Positions 1 to 8,611 of a DNA stretch of 64,000 nt are shown in pieces. A program made the position numbers and the translations under genes. Within the stretch, counting starts at the first letter, position 1; every line of letters starts with the position of its first letter. The notes beneath the pieces are model-generated. The model was not told the DNA's origin. It was given only the letters and a program-made list of their open reading frames with translations, and ran no database searches. The DNA comes from Bacillota bacterium (lineage in GTDB: Bacteria > Bacillota > Sulfobacillia > Fermentithermobacillales > Fermentithermobacillaceae), in assembly GCA_040766225.1 (NCBI GenBank), contig JAXGQX010000008.1:6311-70310 (forward strand), written 5' to 3'.

Positions 1-279
1 CGGAGGCCGCCCCTCTCCGCCCCTCATCACGGTGAGCCCGCTTCAGTTCGGAGCTACCACCTCAAGGCCGACTCTGGGAATCCCTTCCTGATCGGGTACC
101 CTGTCCCGTACCGATGCGTCCTCCGAAGCAAGGCGCACGCTCCTGCACCTCATCAGCCGGGCGGCATTCGATTTCCGTGCGTCAGTCCTGTAGAGTTGGA
201 ACCGGTCAGACCATTGGCTAGTCTTGGAGTAGATAACTATGCTTGAGAGGCATAGTGGAAGATCGGAGACGAGGGGAGC

Positions 280-899
280 ATGCGGAGTGATAAGAGCAGT
301 GAAAGATTGGCTGCGGCGTTCGCTCGGGTAGTGACTTTGGCGGTCATTGCCTTCACCATCCTGGGAGTATGGATAGCGGGGTTGGATTCACCACCAGGCC
401 TTCGGCTTCTGACTGCATAATAGTCCTGGGCTGCAGGCTGTACGGGACGGTCCGAGCCCGTTCCTAGCAGCGCGACTCGACGAGGCACTGCGGCTGTACA
501 ATCAAGGCTTGGCAGGTCGCGTCGTGGTGTCCGGGGGCAAGGGCCCGGAGGACATCACTGAAGCCGAGGCAATGAAACGCTACCTAGTACAGAGGGGAGT
601 ACCGGCGGATCGAGATCCTAGAGAGTAGGTCTACCTCCACCGAGGAGAACCTGCGGTTTTCCATGGAACAGATGAGAGCGCACGGGCTTCAGAGCGCGGT
701 GGTCGTTTCGAACCGCTATCATTTGCTGAGGGCATCCATCTTGGCAAAGCGGTTAGGTCTGGATGCCAACTCATTAAAGTCTTCGTCTCACAGCACCTTC
801 GTTCGGAGATCACGGGATTTGCGAGAGAGCTGGCCGGAGTTCCATACACTCTGGTTTTTGTTCACTAAACTGCGCCAGCGCCACAAAGGTGACAACTAG
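280..899 (+). pseudogene. DUF218/YdcF-family (SanA/ElyC-like) membrane-anchored protein, reading frame broken about twice
   Basis: ATG 280 follows a GGAG-rich tract and gives a TM helix (VVTLAVIAFTILGVWIAG). Family motifs are spread over three frames: DCIIVLGCRLYG (~411), LDEALRLYNQGLAGRVVVSGGKGPEDITEAEAMKRYLVQRGVP (~476-610), STSTEENLRFS plus VVVSNRYHLLRA (ORF 663..899). Confidence 0.6.
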
Positions 900-1855
900 G
901 CCTCCTTCGCCAAGGCCATCACTCCGAGAGCGGTGTCCTCGTCGGTCACTAGCGTCGTGATGAGCCCCGTCCTCAGTGCCGCCAAGATAGCCCGTTCCTT
1001 TCCGCGTCCGCCTGCCGCGGCGATTACTTCCCGGGCATTTGCCAACTGTGACATCTGAACGGCTAGGAGGTCCGCCTCCGTGATTTCCTTGCCGTCTGCG
1101 TCAATAAACCGTCCGAAGAGGTCAGCTATCACGGGTCGGCCGTATCGGCTTTCGGCCATCCGCACGCGCACGGCGTGATAGGGGTCGGGATTGGTGATGG
1201 CGCCTATGCCGAACAGGGCGCAGGACAGCTGGTCCCATAGCGAGGTGCAGAGTCTAACGGACTCATCCTCTCGGAGCAGGCTGATCGCCACCGGATCCTG
1301 CAGGTGCAGCGGCGCGTTCAGGGGATGGTGGACGGCGTCCAGCTTCCTGGCAGCGATGGACGATATCTCGTTGACCTTGAGCCTTTGGGCTGGGAACCAC
1401 GTTTCCCCAGTTAGGGGTACTAACTGCAGCCCTCGCCACTGAGTGCTTTCACGGAGGAAGTCAACGGTGGACCGAACCGTGTTTCCCCGGCCAGTCCCGA
1501 TAACGTCGTTGTCTCTCACTAACCTGGGCATCAGTTCGGAGGTCTTATACGCGATACGCAATTGGGTCCTATCTGTATCTGCCGACGAGACGGTCAGACT
1601 GCAGCGGTTCAGCCCGAAACGTTCTTTCATTTCCTTTTCTATAGAAGCGAAGTTCTCCATAGGGTTGCGGACGGACACCGCGGCGATCCCCTCTTCGCGC
1701 GCCTTGGAGAGCACACCCGAGACCCCTGCCCGCGAGATGCGGAGGGCATCGGCGATCTCTTGCTGAGTTTTCCCTTCGAGGTAGTACATCTCGCTGGCTA
1801 AGACCATCAACTCCACGTCTACTTCCGGGCGCGATACGTTCTTCGTCTTGGCCAT
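896..1855 (-). CDS. SorC/DeoR-type sugar-binding transcriptional regulator
   Basis: ORF 896..1873. It has an N-terminal HTH (QQEIADALRISRAGVSGVLSKAREEGI) and a C-terminal SorC-type effector domain (VIGTGRGNTV ... AAGGRGKERAILAALRTGLITTLVTDEDTA). ATG 1855 has GGGAG about 8 nt upstream, so it is preferred over 1873. Confidence 0.8.
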   Translation of the reverse strand: MAKTKNVSRPEVDVELMVLASEMYYLEGKTQQEIADALRISRAGVSGVLSKAREEGIAAVSVRNPMENFASIEKEMKERFGLNRCSLTVSSADTDRTQLRIAYKTSELMPRLVRDNDVIGTGRGNTVRSTVDFLRESTQWRGLQLVPLTGETWFPAQRLKVNEISSIAARKLDAVHHPLNAPLHLQDPVAISLLREDESVRLCTSLWDQLSCALFGIGAITNPDPYHAVRVRMAESRYGRPVIADLFGRFIDADGKEITEADLLAVQMSQLANAREVIAAAGGRGKERAILAALRTGLITTLVTDEDTALGVMALAKEA

Positions 1856-2233
1856 ATGGTCATCTCCCTGCAACTGCCAATTACATATATAAGACCGAAC
1901 AAGGGGCCTTCAGGGAAGGAATTGAAAGCCCTCTGTGGAATGTGTGACATGTGTCGGGACAGATGTCAAGGCAGTCTCCCGAGCCTGCCCCGGCGTTCAG
2001 TACCAGTATAGTATCAGTTTCAGTTTCCATTGTCCCGTATCCCGTTAGTGTCTTGTTAGTGTACCGTTTCCCGTTTCGGAAGCACGCGGGTGCTTCTTCT
2101 CCCCTTACCGGCCACCGACCGTGCCCAGCGGACCCGGTGGCCCTTACTTTTTGTTGCGAAGCCTAGGTAACAGATCGGGCGGAGGCGGCGTATTGTGTTA
2201 TGTTAACATGCCGACTGAGAGGAGCGGTTTGAA

Positions 2234-2884
2234 GTGGCAAAGGGGCTAGACACGGCCACGCCGTGTTCGCAATCTACCATAGACGCTGTTCTTCGGGCGG
2301 GCTACACCTTCATCGTTCGCTACTACTGCACGGGCAACCTCTCCAAGAGGCTGAAGCAAGAAGAGGCGCAGCGGTTGTCGGATTCGGGATTGTGGGTGGT
2401 CAGTGTATTTCAGGACTACAACAACGCGATTAGCAGGTTCAGCGCGTCTTCGGGCGAGGCCAACGCCAAGTCGGCATGGGAGTACGCCCACAGAGTCATA
2501 GGGCAGCCCACAGAGACTCCCATCTACTTCGCTGTTGATTTCGACGCCAGTGAAGCAGAGGCAAAGGGCGCTATCAGGGATTACTTCGCCGCGATCAACG
2601 ATGTCTTCGCCTCAGCCGGGAGCCTGTACAAGGTGGGACTCTATGGCTCCGGGCTGGTCTGCCGGTACATCAAGGATGACTCCAAGCTGGCCGAGTATTC
2701 GTGGTTGTCGATGTCTACCGGATGGCGAGGCTACAGGGACTACAACAACCAGCTCAGGTGGAATCTCAAGCAGATCAAGGCAATCACGATAGACGGCGTC
2801 GAGTTCGACACCAACGAGAGTAGCCCCGCCGGAGGCGGCGGTTGGCGCATCTGCACCGGCACAGCGGGATTGAGGGAGAGCTAG
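2234..2884 (+). CDS. DUF1906 (Rv2525c-like) glycoside-hydrolase-like domain protein
   Basis: Intact 216-aa ORF. Family-typical strings: GLDTATPCSQSTIDAVLRAGYTFIVRYY, LKQEEAQRLSDSGLWVVSVFQ, PIYFAVDFDAS, YKVGLYGSG. Confidence 0.7.
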   Translation: MAKGLDTATPCSQSTIDAVLRAGYTFIVRYYCTGNLSKRLKQEEAQRLSDSGLWVVSVFQDYNNAISRFSASSGEANAKSAWEYAHRVIGQPTETPIYFAVDFDASEAEAKGAIRDYFAAINDVFASAGSLYKVGLYGSGLVCRYIKDDSKLAEYSWLSMSTGWRGYRDYNNQLRWNLKQIKAITIDGVEFDTNESSPAGGGGWRICTGTAGLRES

Positions 2885-2900
2885 GTCAGCGTCCTCCGAT

Positions 2901-3016
2901 TATTGCGAATTGCCCACGCACCCTGAAGGATTCTTGGGGTGGAGCGAGTAACTCCTAGAAAACATCACTCACGGACCGCGGAGAGATCGGCTGATCCTCA
3001 GCCACACAAGAAACCG
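2901..3016 (+). repeat. Copy A of a paralogous ~120-bp noncoding element (copy B at 4926..5056)
   Basis: By-eye alignment shows roughly three quarters identity. Shared blocks in the same order: TATTG-nCAATT, CACC-TGAAGGATT-TTGG, GTAACTC, TCAC, ACCGCGG, GAGATCGGC, CCTCA, CACACAA. Lies in the gap between the DUF1906 gene and ORF 3213. Confidence 0.6.
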
Positions 3017-3212
3017 GTCCTCCGCGACCGCTGACGCGCCGTAGATACCAACATGATTTGGGAGGGTTCGGCAAACTTACTAGTGCCGGCAGTCAGTGGA
3101 CTATGAGTCCCGATAGCTGGCAAACAACTTCATATTGTTCCCTAACAGCACCAATGCGCTATGCGCAGGCCTCCACGAGCATTCATAGACATATATAAGA
3201 GGGGGGAGGGCC

Positions 3213-3419
3213 GTGAGAGAGCGGGTGTTGAAGGATCGTTTTGGTCGACGTATCGGCCGAGTCCGAACGGATCACAACGGCGTCCAGACGCTTCTTGATG
3301 ATTTGGGCAGGACTCTAGGATCATATGACCCAAAAACAAACGTGACGAAGGACAGTCTAGGCCGCCCCATCGGGAGAGGAAATCAGCTCACGGCTCTCTG
3401 CCGCCCTTCTGAGTCGTAG
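3213..3419 (+). CDS. Small hypothetical protein (68 aa) with three D-x-(F/L)-G-R-x-(I/L)-G repeats
   Basis: GTG 3213 is preceded by a GGGGGAGGG Shine-Dalgarno tract. Repeats are KDRFGRRIG, DDLGRTLG and KDSLGRPIG. No family recognised. Confidence 0.4.
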   Translation: MRERVLKDRFGRRIGRVRTDHNGVQTLLDDLGRTLGSYDPKTNVTKDSLGRPIGRGNQLTALCRPSES

Positions 3420-3616
3420 CGGAAGGGCAGGTAGCGCGGACACCTCGCGCTACAACAACCGTCATCTTCGGAATGTCCAGCAAATCAACGTACTAAGATA
3501 CGCGGCGTCTAGTTCCATACCAAATAGAGCAGCCCTGTCGGAGGACGCGTATGACGCATCCCACTGGGTGCAGCGGGAATGAAGGAAAGCAAGATGTCCT
3601 CTGACAGGAACTCTGC

Positions 3617-4852
3617 CTATCGTTGCTTAACCGGGTTACCGGAGCTATCCACGACTTCGAGTCGGTAGCGACGATCGCCAGTGCAAGTAATGCCTATCCG
3701 CGAACCCACGGTGAGCGAGACACTTTCGAACCATGGCCTCAGGTTCTTGGCGATCCGACGTCCACCGCTGGCCGCTTTTCCCTTTTTCTTTTTCTCAACA
3801 TGCGTGACAATGCTCCCGATGTGGGTGTCGAAGACAAACTCAATGCCCATGCCGGGGAAGAAGTATCGTTTTTGTGGACTTATCGGGAGATAACGAAACT
3901 GAATTGGACTGGGAGCGTTGAGAGGAATGATGATCGTCTCACCAGGCAGAGGGCTTTGTGGGCGCTCGCTCGTCGGTTTGTCTGGGTAGGTCTTGACTTC
4001 TTCGATGAACCACGGATTGACCGCGAGCACTCTCGGCAAACGGTGATTGTAATGCCTTCTGAAGGCCACATTCCCAAGAACGCGAGGTACGCTAAACACA
4101 GCCAGGGGATCGTCTCGGTAGACCTCTTTCAGTCCCGGAATGCCCGAATAAATGGAGCTGGCAACCGTCCTGAGTTGATCCAGTTGCTCTTTGGTCATGA
4201 ATTCGAGGGTCTTGTGCAGGTCGTGCACCGACGGGCTCCATTCAGACAGGCCAGGCAGGTCAAATGACTCGCGAATCCCCCAGTCATACGCCGTTCGAGT
4301 GTCGCGCGCTCCTCTATAGTGACTAAGACGGTTGATTGCCCCGGCCTGAACCATCTCATCGATAAGCTCTTCGCGACTGCTGGTTATGCTGATCGTGTCA
4401 GCCCAAGCCTCAAGGATTGGTTCCTCATCACCAAGAAAGCGCAACAAGATGTAGTCTTGGACGTCACTGTTCTTGTGAACTAACCTGAGAAGGTTGAGGA
4501 CCTTCTTTAGATCAGGGCTAGCTGTCTCCAACCGTTGACGGATGCTTGCGATGACTTGGCTGTATCGTACGTTGGTTATGGCAGCTGGAAACCCAACATC
4601 TCGCAGGTCTCCCAAGCTCTCAACGTCTGTGCTCCACTGGTCGTACTCGTGCTCTACGCATTGCGCCGCTCTTTCACCTTCGGTAGTTCCGTATCTGGCA
4701 GTCAAGTTGCTTCTTATTGAGGTGAACATGCGCTTGACATATTCATGCCAAGGTTGATTCCAGTACTGTGTCCACTGATGTATTCCGTCAAGTACCGCTA
4801 CATCGTCTCGATGCCTATCGAGAACTTCACACGCATACTTCACGTAATCCAT
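3617..4852 (-). CDS. Hypothetical protein, 411 aa, no recognisable family
   Basis: Uninterrupted 411-codon ORF in a lower-GC stretch, with a GGAAGGCGGA tract just upstream of ATG 4852. The N-terminal two thirds look helical. The C-terminal ~90 aa (RYFFPGMGIEFVFDTHIGSI ... GSRIGITCTGDRRYRLEVV) resembles a small beta-barrel nucleic-acid-binding module; this is inference only. Confidence 0.55.
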   Translation of the reverse strand: MDYVKYACEVLDRHRDDVAVLDGIHQWTQYWNQPWHEYVKRMFTSIRSNLTARYGTTEGERAAQCVEHEYDQWSTDVESLGDLRDVGFPAAITNVRYSQVIASIRQRLETASPDLKKVLNLLRLVHKNSDVQDYILLRFLGDEEPILEAWADTISITSSREELIDEMVQAGAINRLSHYRGARDTRTAYDWGIRESFDLPGLSEWSPSVHDLHKTLEFMTKEQLDQLRTVASSIYSGIPGLKEVYRDDPLAVFSVPRVLGNVAFRRHYNHRLPRVLAVNPWFIEEVKTYPDKPTSERPQSPLPGETIIIPLNAPSPIQFRYLPISPQKRYFFPGMGIEFVFDTHIGSIVTHVEKKKKGKAASGGRRIAKNLRPWFESVSLTVGSRIGITCTGDRRYRLEVVDSSGNPVKQR

Positions 4853-4925
4853 TGCTCATTTCCGCCTTCCGTACCACCATACTTCATCAGTGATATTATC
4901 CGCGGATATTACAGTATCCTCTAAG

Positions 4926-5056
4926 TATTGACAATTATCTACACACCGTGAAGGATTTTGGGAGTGTCTCGTGTAACTCAGAGGGCGTCACCAACAAACC
5001 GCGGTGTGATTGCTAGACAGGTGAGATCGGCAGACGCCTCAATCACACAAAAGGGG
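4926..5056 (+). repeat. Copy B of the paralogous noncoding element, directly upstream of the GIY-YIG gene
   Basis: Same block order as copy A. It carries TTGACA at 4928-4933 (copy A has TTGCGA at the same place). A ~19-bp insertion relative to A creates a 9-bp inverted repeat, GTGTGATTG ... CAATCACAC. It ends at the GGGGAGG RBS of ATG 5068. Confidence 0.6.
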
Positions 5057-5067
5057 AGGCAAGCCCG

Positions 5068-5712
5068 ATGCAGGAGCTGAAGGTAGTTAGACTTGATTGG
5101 GTCGGTCCGTTCAAGCCTGTGGAAGACAACGGTGACCTCAAGCCGCCGCGCAGGCCAGGTCTACCTTTGGGTTGTGGGTAGAAGAATCAGCTGGACGGTC
5201 TTCTAGTGATCTATGTTGGCAAGGCGGCGAACCTGTCGCAGCGGCTGTACGAGCACACATACTCGATGGTGGCCGGTACTACCTATACGACCCTGACAAA
5301 CTGGAGGAAGGGATACGGTGTACGGTACTGCTCCGGCTCAAACCAACTCGGAAGAGAGTTTTACGACAATCCGCAGCGCGTGCGGGAATTGGCACTGGCA
5401 AATGCCGGGGTATACCGTTTCTATTGGGCCCTGGTGGAGAAGAGTCTATGCGAGGTTGTTGAATGGTGCCTAATCGATGCTCTGCGGAACAGTGCTGACT
5501 CTGGCAGCCTCGATTGGTCAAGACGAGGTTTTCGCGAGTTGCAGGAGCCGAACATACGTATTGAAAACCCCTTACCTGGCTGTCAAAACCGAACTGGTGG
5601 ATCCGTTGGTGTATCCACGCTAACACAGAAGGGGCAGACGGAAATGACTAACTCGGCCTATGGCGACTGCGTGGACAGGGAGTCCTGTCCGGTAGTCGTT
5701 TCGAAGCGGTAG
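5068..5712 (+). pseudogene. GIY-YIG nuclease-domain protein, N-terminal region interrupted by an in-frame TAG at 5179
   Basis: VIYVGKAANLSQRLYEH (from 5206) matches the GIY-YIG second-strand/helix motif (cf. UvrC VLYVGKAKNLRKR). ATG 5068 has a GGGGAGG RBS and is in the same frame but hits TAG 5179-5181. The expected first strand, QVYLWVVGR, is readable only in the +1 frame at 5156-5182. Confidence 0.6.
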
Positions 5713-6392
5713 AGATGCGCATCAGAAGGGGGCTGAAGGGACGAAAGTGGATGTCGACTTCGTCGACTGTGTCGATGGGGATTTTTGTCCGGTAGTTGGC
5801 CGTGGACGCGGAAGGAATGCCGCACTAGAAGGTGGCGGAGGGGACAAAAGTGGATGTCGACTGCGTCGATGGGGATTTTTGTCTGGTAGTCTGCCTCCGA
5901 AGCGGAAGAATTGCCGCACTAGAAGGTGGCTGAAGGGACAAAAGTGGACGTCGACTGTGTCTGACTGGGATCGATGGGGATTTTTGTCCGGTAGCCAGCC
6001 TCCGAACCGGAAGAAATGCCTCGCCAGAGGTGGCGGATGGGACAAAAGCGGACGTCGACTGCGTCGACTGGGATCGATGGGGATTTTCGTCCGGTAGTCT
6101 GCCTCCGAAGCGGAAGAAACTCCGCGCCAGAGGGTGGCTGAAGGGACAAAATGGACGTCGACTGTGTCGACTGGGATCGATGGGGATTTTTCGTCCGGTA
6201 GTTGGCCGTCGAACCGGAAGAAACGCGCCAGAAGGTGGCTGAAGGGACAAAAATGGATGTCAACTGCGTCGACGGGGATTTTCGTCCGGTAGCCAGCCTC
6301 CGAACCGGAAGAAATACCGCGCCAGAACGCGGCCTGAAGGACAAAAGTGGACGTCGACTGCGTCGACTGCGTCGACTGGATTGACGGGAATC
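5665..6392. repeat. Tandem array of seven 94-104 bp units plus degenerate end copies
   Basis: Unit starts (GGGACAAAA) are at 5738, 5841, 5935, 6039, 6143, 6244 and 6339. Each unit keeps GTCGAC palindromes and the inverted pair GGACAAAA / TTTTGTCC. The leading degenerate copy overlaps the 3' end of the GIY-YIG ORF. Confidence 0.9.
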
Positions 6393-6506
6393 ACTCCGCC
6401 CCCGGCAACGTCCTCTCAATCCTTGAACGCCTCCAAGGTACCGAGGCTCCTCGTCCAGCCAGTACCGCCTGGCCGGGCGTCCCCTTCGTCGCCTCGCGGG
6501 TCTGGG

Positions 6507-8261
6507 TCATAGTAGGCTCCACCAGACGGCGATTTTGATGTTCTTGTACCTCGGCAGGTTTTGAAACATGTCATTTATCCACTGTTCCTTGTCGCCGCCG
6601 ACCGAACTGCACGCGAACTCGGTGATTATCCACGGGAACTCGGCGTAGACGTCCTTATACATACTCCACAGCCGGTCGCAGATCTCGGTGAAGGACCTCC
6701 AGCGCTCCCCGGTGACGTTCTTGAAGTACGTCCCGGTGTTGTAGCCGGTGAGCCCGATCATATGGACGTACTCGTTGCCAGGATAGTACGCGACGTGGGA
6801 GTTCCACCGGCAGGGAGGAAGCTCACGTCGTTGGGGTTCTCAAATAGCGTTGTCAACGCCTTCTCTTGAAAAGATGCGGTAGACGGTCCGCCAGTTCTGA
6901 ATGAAGATGTCCGGATCGCATAGGGACAGGTGCCCCAGGTAAAAACCACCCAGGTGGAGTTCATCTCGTTGTTCAGCCGGAACAGGAACGGGTGACCGAA
7001 CTCCTTGGCGCCCCGGGCGAACATACGGATGTCGTCGTGCATCTTGCCGTCTAGAACGTCAAGTTAGGGTTCCTCCCGTACATGTCACCGCCGATTTGGT
7101 ACGTCATTTCGACGAAGCTGCCTTCGGCGTAGGCGTCCAGCATCCCCTCCACCGGGAACTCGTGGCTAGGTAGCGGTACCACATGTTGACCGGGAACTCG
7201 AAATCCAGCTTCTCCTCGACTTCTTGGCGCTTGGCCTTTCCCTCAGGCGTGAACGGGTTGGGCGTGAAGAAGCCCCAGAGGATGTGGTCCAAGCCGCGAA
7301 TCCTATCGTACAAGGCCCGCAGTACTCCTTGTTCCACTTGGGAAGGACGGGCCTAAAGTCCAGGTTGTAGGTTGAATTGCCCTGCGGTTCGAAGGTCTGG
7401 AAGGACCCGATGACGGAGGCGACACGACCTTCTCAGTGTCTCCTGGGAGTCCGACCTGAAGTGGATGGTGAAGTAGGTTATCCCTTCCGTATGTATATAT
7501 GCGTAGGCGTACGAGTTTTGGGTCTGGGCGCTTCCCTCGGCGGGAGTCCTGGTCAGCCTGAACAGGCGGACGTCCCAGCCTCCGATTTGGGTCCAGTCAT
7601 CCTTGTAGACCGTGATGTCGTTGGCTTCCCTGTACGTCTCGTCTGTGATGAACTCGTTGGGCAGGGTGGAGATCCGCAGCGGACCTCGGCATGGGGAGGT
7701 GTCCCTGGATATGCGGATCTCCAGGTTGTCTCCGTAGACGCGCGTGAAGTCCGGACTGCAACTGAAATCGAACTCCATGCCGGCGGGGACGTTCAGCATG
7801 TAGCCCTTCGGATAGTCGATGAACTGAGTTCCGGCGGGGCTTGTCGCGACCTTCTTGACGTCTCGCCCGAAGTCGGGAGTCTGGGATTCCGGGAGCAGCG
7901 TGCCGTCCTGGTAGCAACGAACAGCGTACTGAGGGGTTCCGGGATCGTTGGGGTCTTCGTTTCCGCCGGGATTGCCGGGGTCCCCGGGATCACCGGGATC
8001 GCCCGGATCGTTCGGGTCGGTTCCTGGGCCGTCGCCGGGTCCGCCTGTGGGGTCGTCCACGGGGTCATCAAACAGGCACGCCGACGTTCCGAACCCGAAC
8101 GTCGCGAGGCCTGCTACAATCGCCACAATGGTAAGGAAGGCAACGACCTTCCGCCCGCGTGACCCGGACCGGCGTGACCCGGACCCGCGTGACTCGGACC
8201 CGCGCGACCCTGATGCGACTGACGACTTGACGGCTTGTGACCCGAATCCGATACCTGGCAT
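6507..8261 (-). pseudogene. Membrane-anchored GH26-like glycoside hydrolase, split into at least 4 frame segments
   Basis: Four colinear fragments:
- 7353..8333: TM anchor VVAFLTIVAIVAGLATFGF plus a PGDPGDPGDPGNPG linker.
- 7104..7337.
- 6758..7042: FLFRLNNEMNSTW, resembling the GH26 RP-x-HEMNG-W strand.
- 6507..6761: WIITEFACS.
WNSHVAYYPGNEYVHMIGLTGYN is readable across the 6761 junction in another frame. ATG 8261 has GAGGAG upstream. Confidence 0.55.
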
Positions 8262-8458
8262 CTCTTCAGACTCCTCGGGACGCGTCCCGCTACTGCATGT
8301 GACGGACGCGCCTATTCTTGAACCGGCTGCCAAACTAGACCGTATCAGATTCTCTGACGCAGGATGGAAACCCTCTGTTTCAGCGTTTCATGAGCACAAC
8401 CCGACGTCCAGCTCGGATACGCAAGCAGGGCATATCATGTAAAAACTCCCCCGAAATG

Positions 8459-8487
8459 TAGACAAACCACCCCCAAAGATGTACTAT
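8459..8487 (+). promoter_or_regulatory. Candidate sigma-70-type promoter for the pilus operon
   Basis: TAGACA (8459-8464), 17-nt spacer, TACTAT (8482-8487), in an AT-richer gap 125 nt upstream of pilT. Motif match only. Confidence 0.3.
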
Positions 8488-8611
8488 TATATAACTGGAT
8501 AGACAACATTTTCTTGGAAGGGCTACTCAAGTAATCGTATCCCAACGATAGAAAAATGGGAGCAGCAGCCTTTTCGCATTCGCGCCACACAGAGCCGGGG
8601 GGACTACACAG

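Noticed and set aside
1-236. Structured RNA (T-box, RNase P, SRP, riboswitch) or partial CDS at the left edge
   Set aside because: A GAGGTGGTAGCTCCG string on the minus strand vaguely resembles a T-box core, but no specifier or stem I features or terminator could be traced. An open frame runs from position 1 to 246, but its product matches nothing I recognise. Left unannotated.
5179-5181. In-frame TAG in the GIY-YIG gene as programmed recoding (for example pyrrolysine or readthrough)
   Set aside because: No pyl genes or recoding signals were seen. The +1 frame across the site gives a canonical GIY-YIG strand, so a local indel pair explains it better.
5665-6392. Tandem self-cleaving ribozymes (hammerhead-type) in the 100-bp and 94-bp arrays
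   Set aside because: I looked for the CUGAUGA ... GAAA core on both strands. Only near-misses turned up (CTGAAGG, TTGATGAC), without the required helices.
5722-6419. Stack of overlapping ORFs on both strands (5722..6045, 5747..6097, 5825..6250, 5919..6419, 6030..6242, 6202..6384) as protein-coding genes
   Set aside because: They are reading-frame echoes of the ~100-bp tandem repeat. They have repetitive Pro/Ser/Arg/Gly-rich composition, no RBS, and are mutually exclusive.
8461-8473. Shared GACAAA(A)CCACCC motif in the candidate pilT promoter and upstream of feoA (56111-56123)
   Set aside because: There are only two occurrences, each overlapping a -35/spacer region I identified by eye. The match is 12-13 nt and could easily be chance in a 64-kb GC-rich window.
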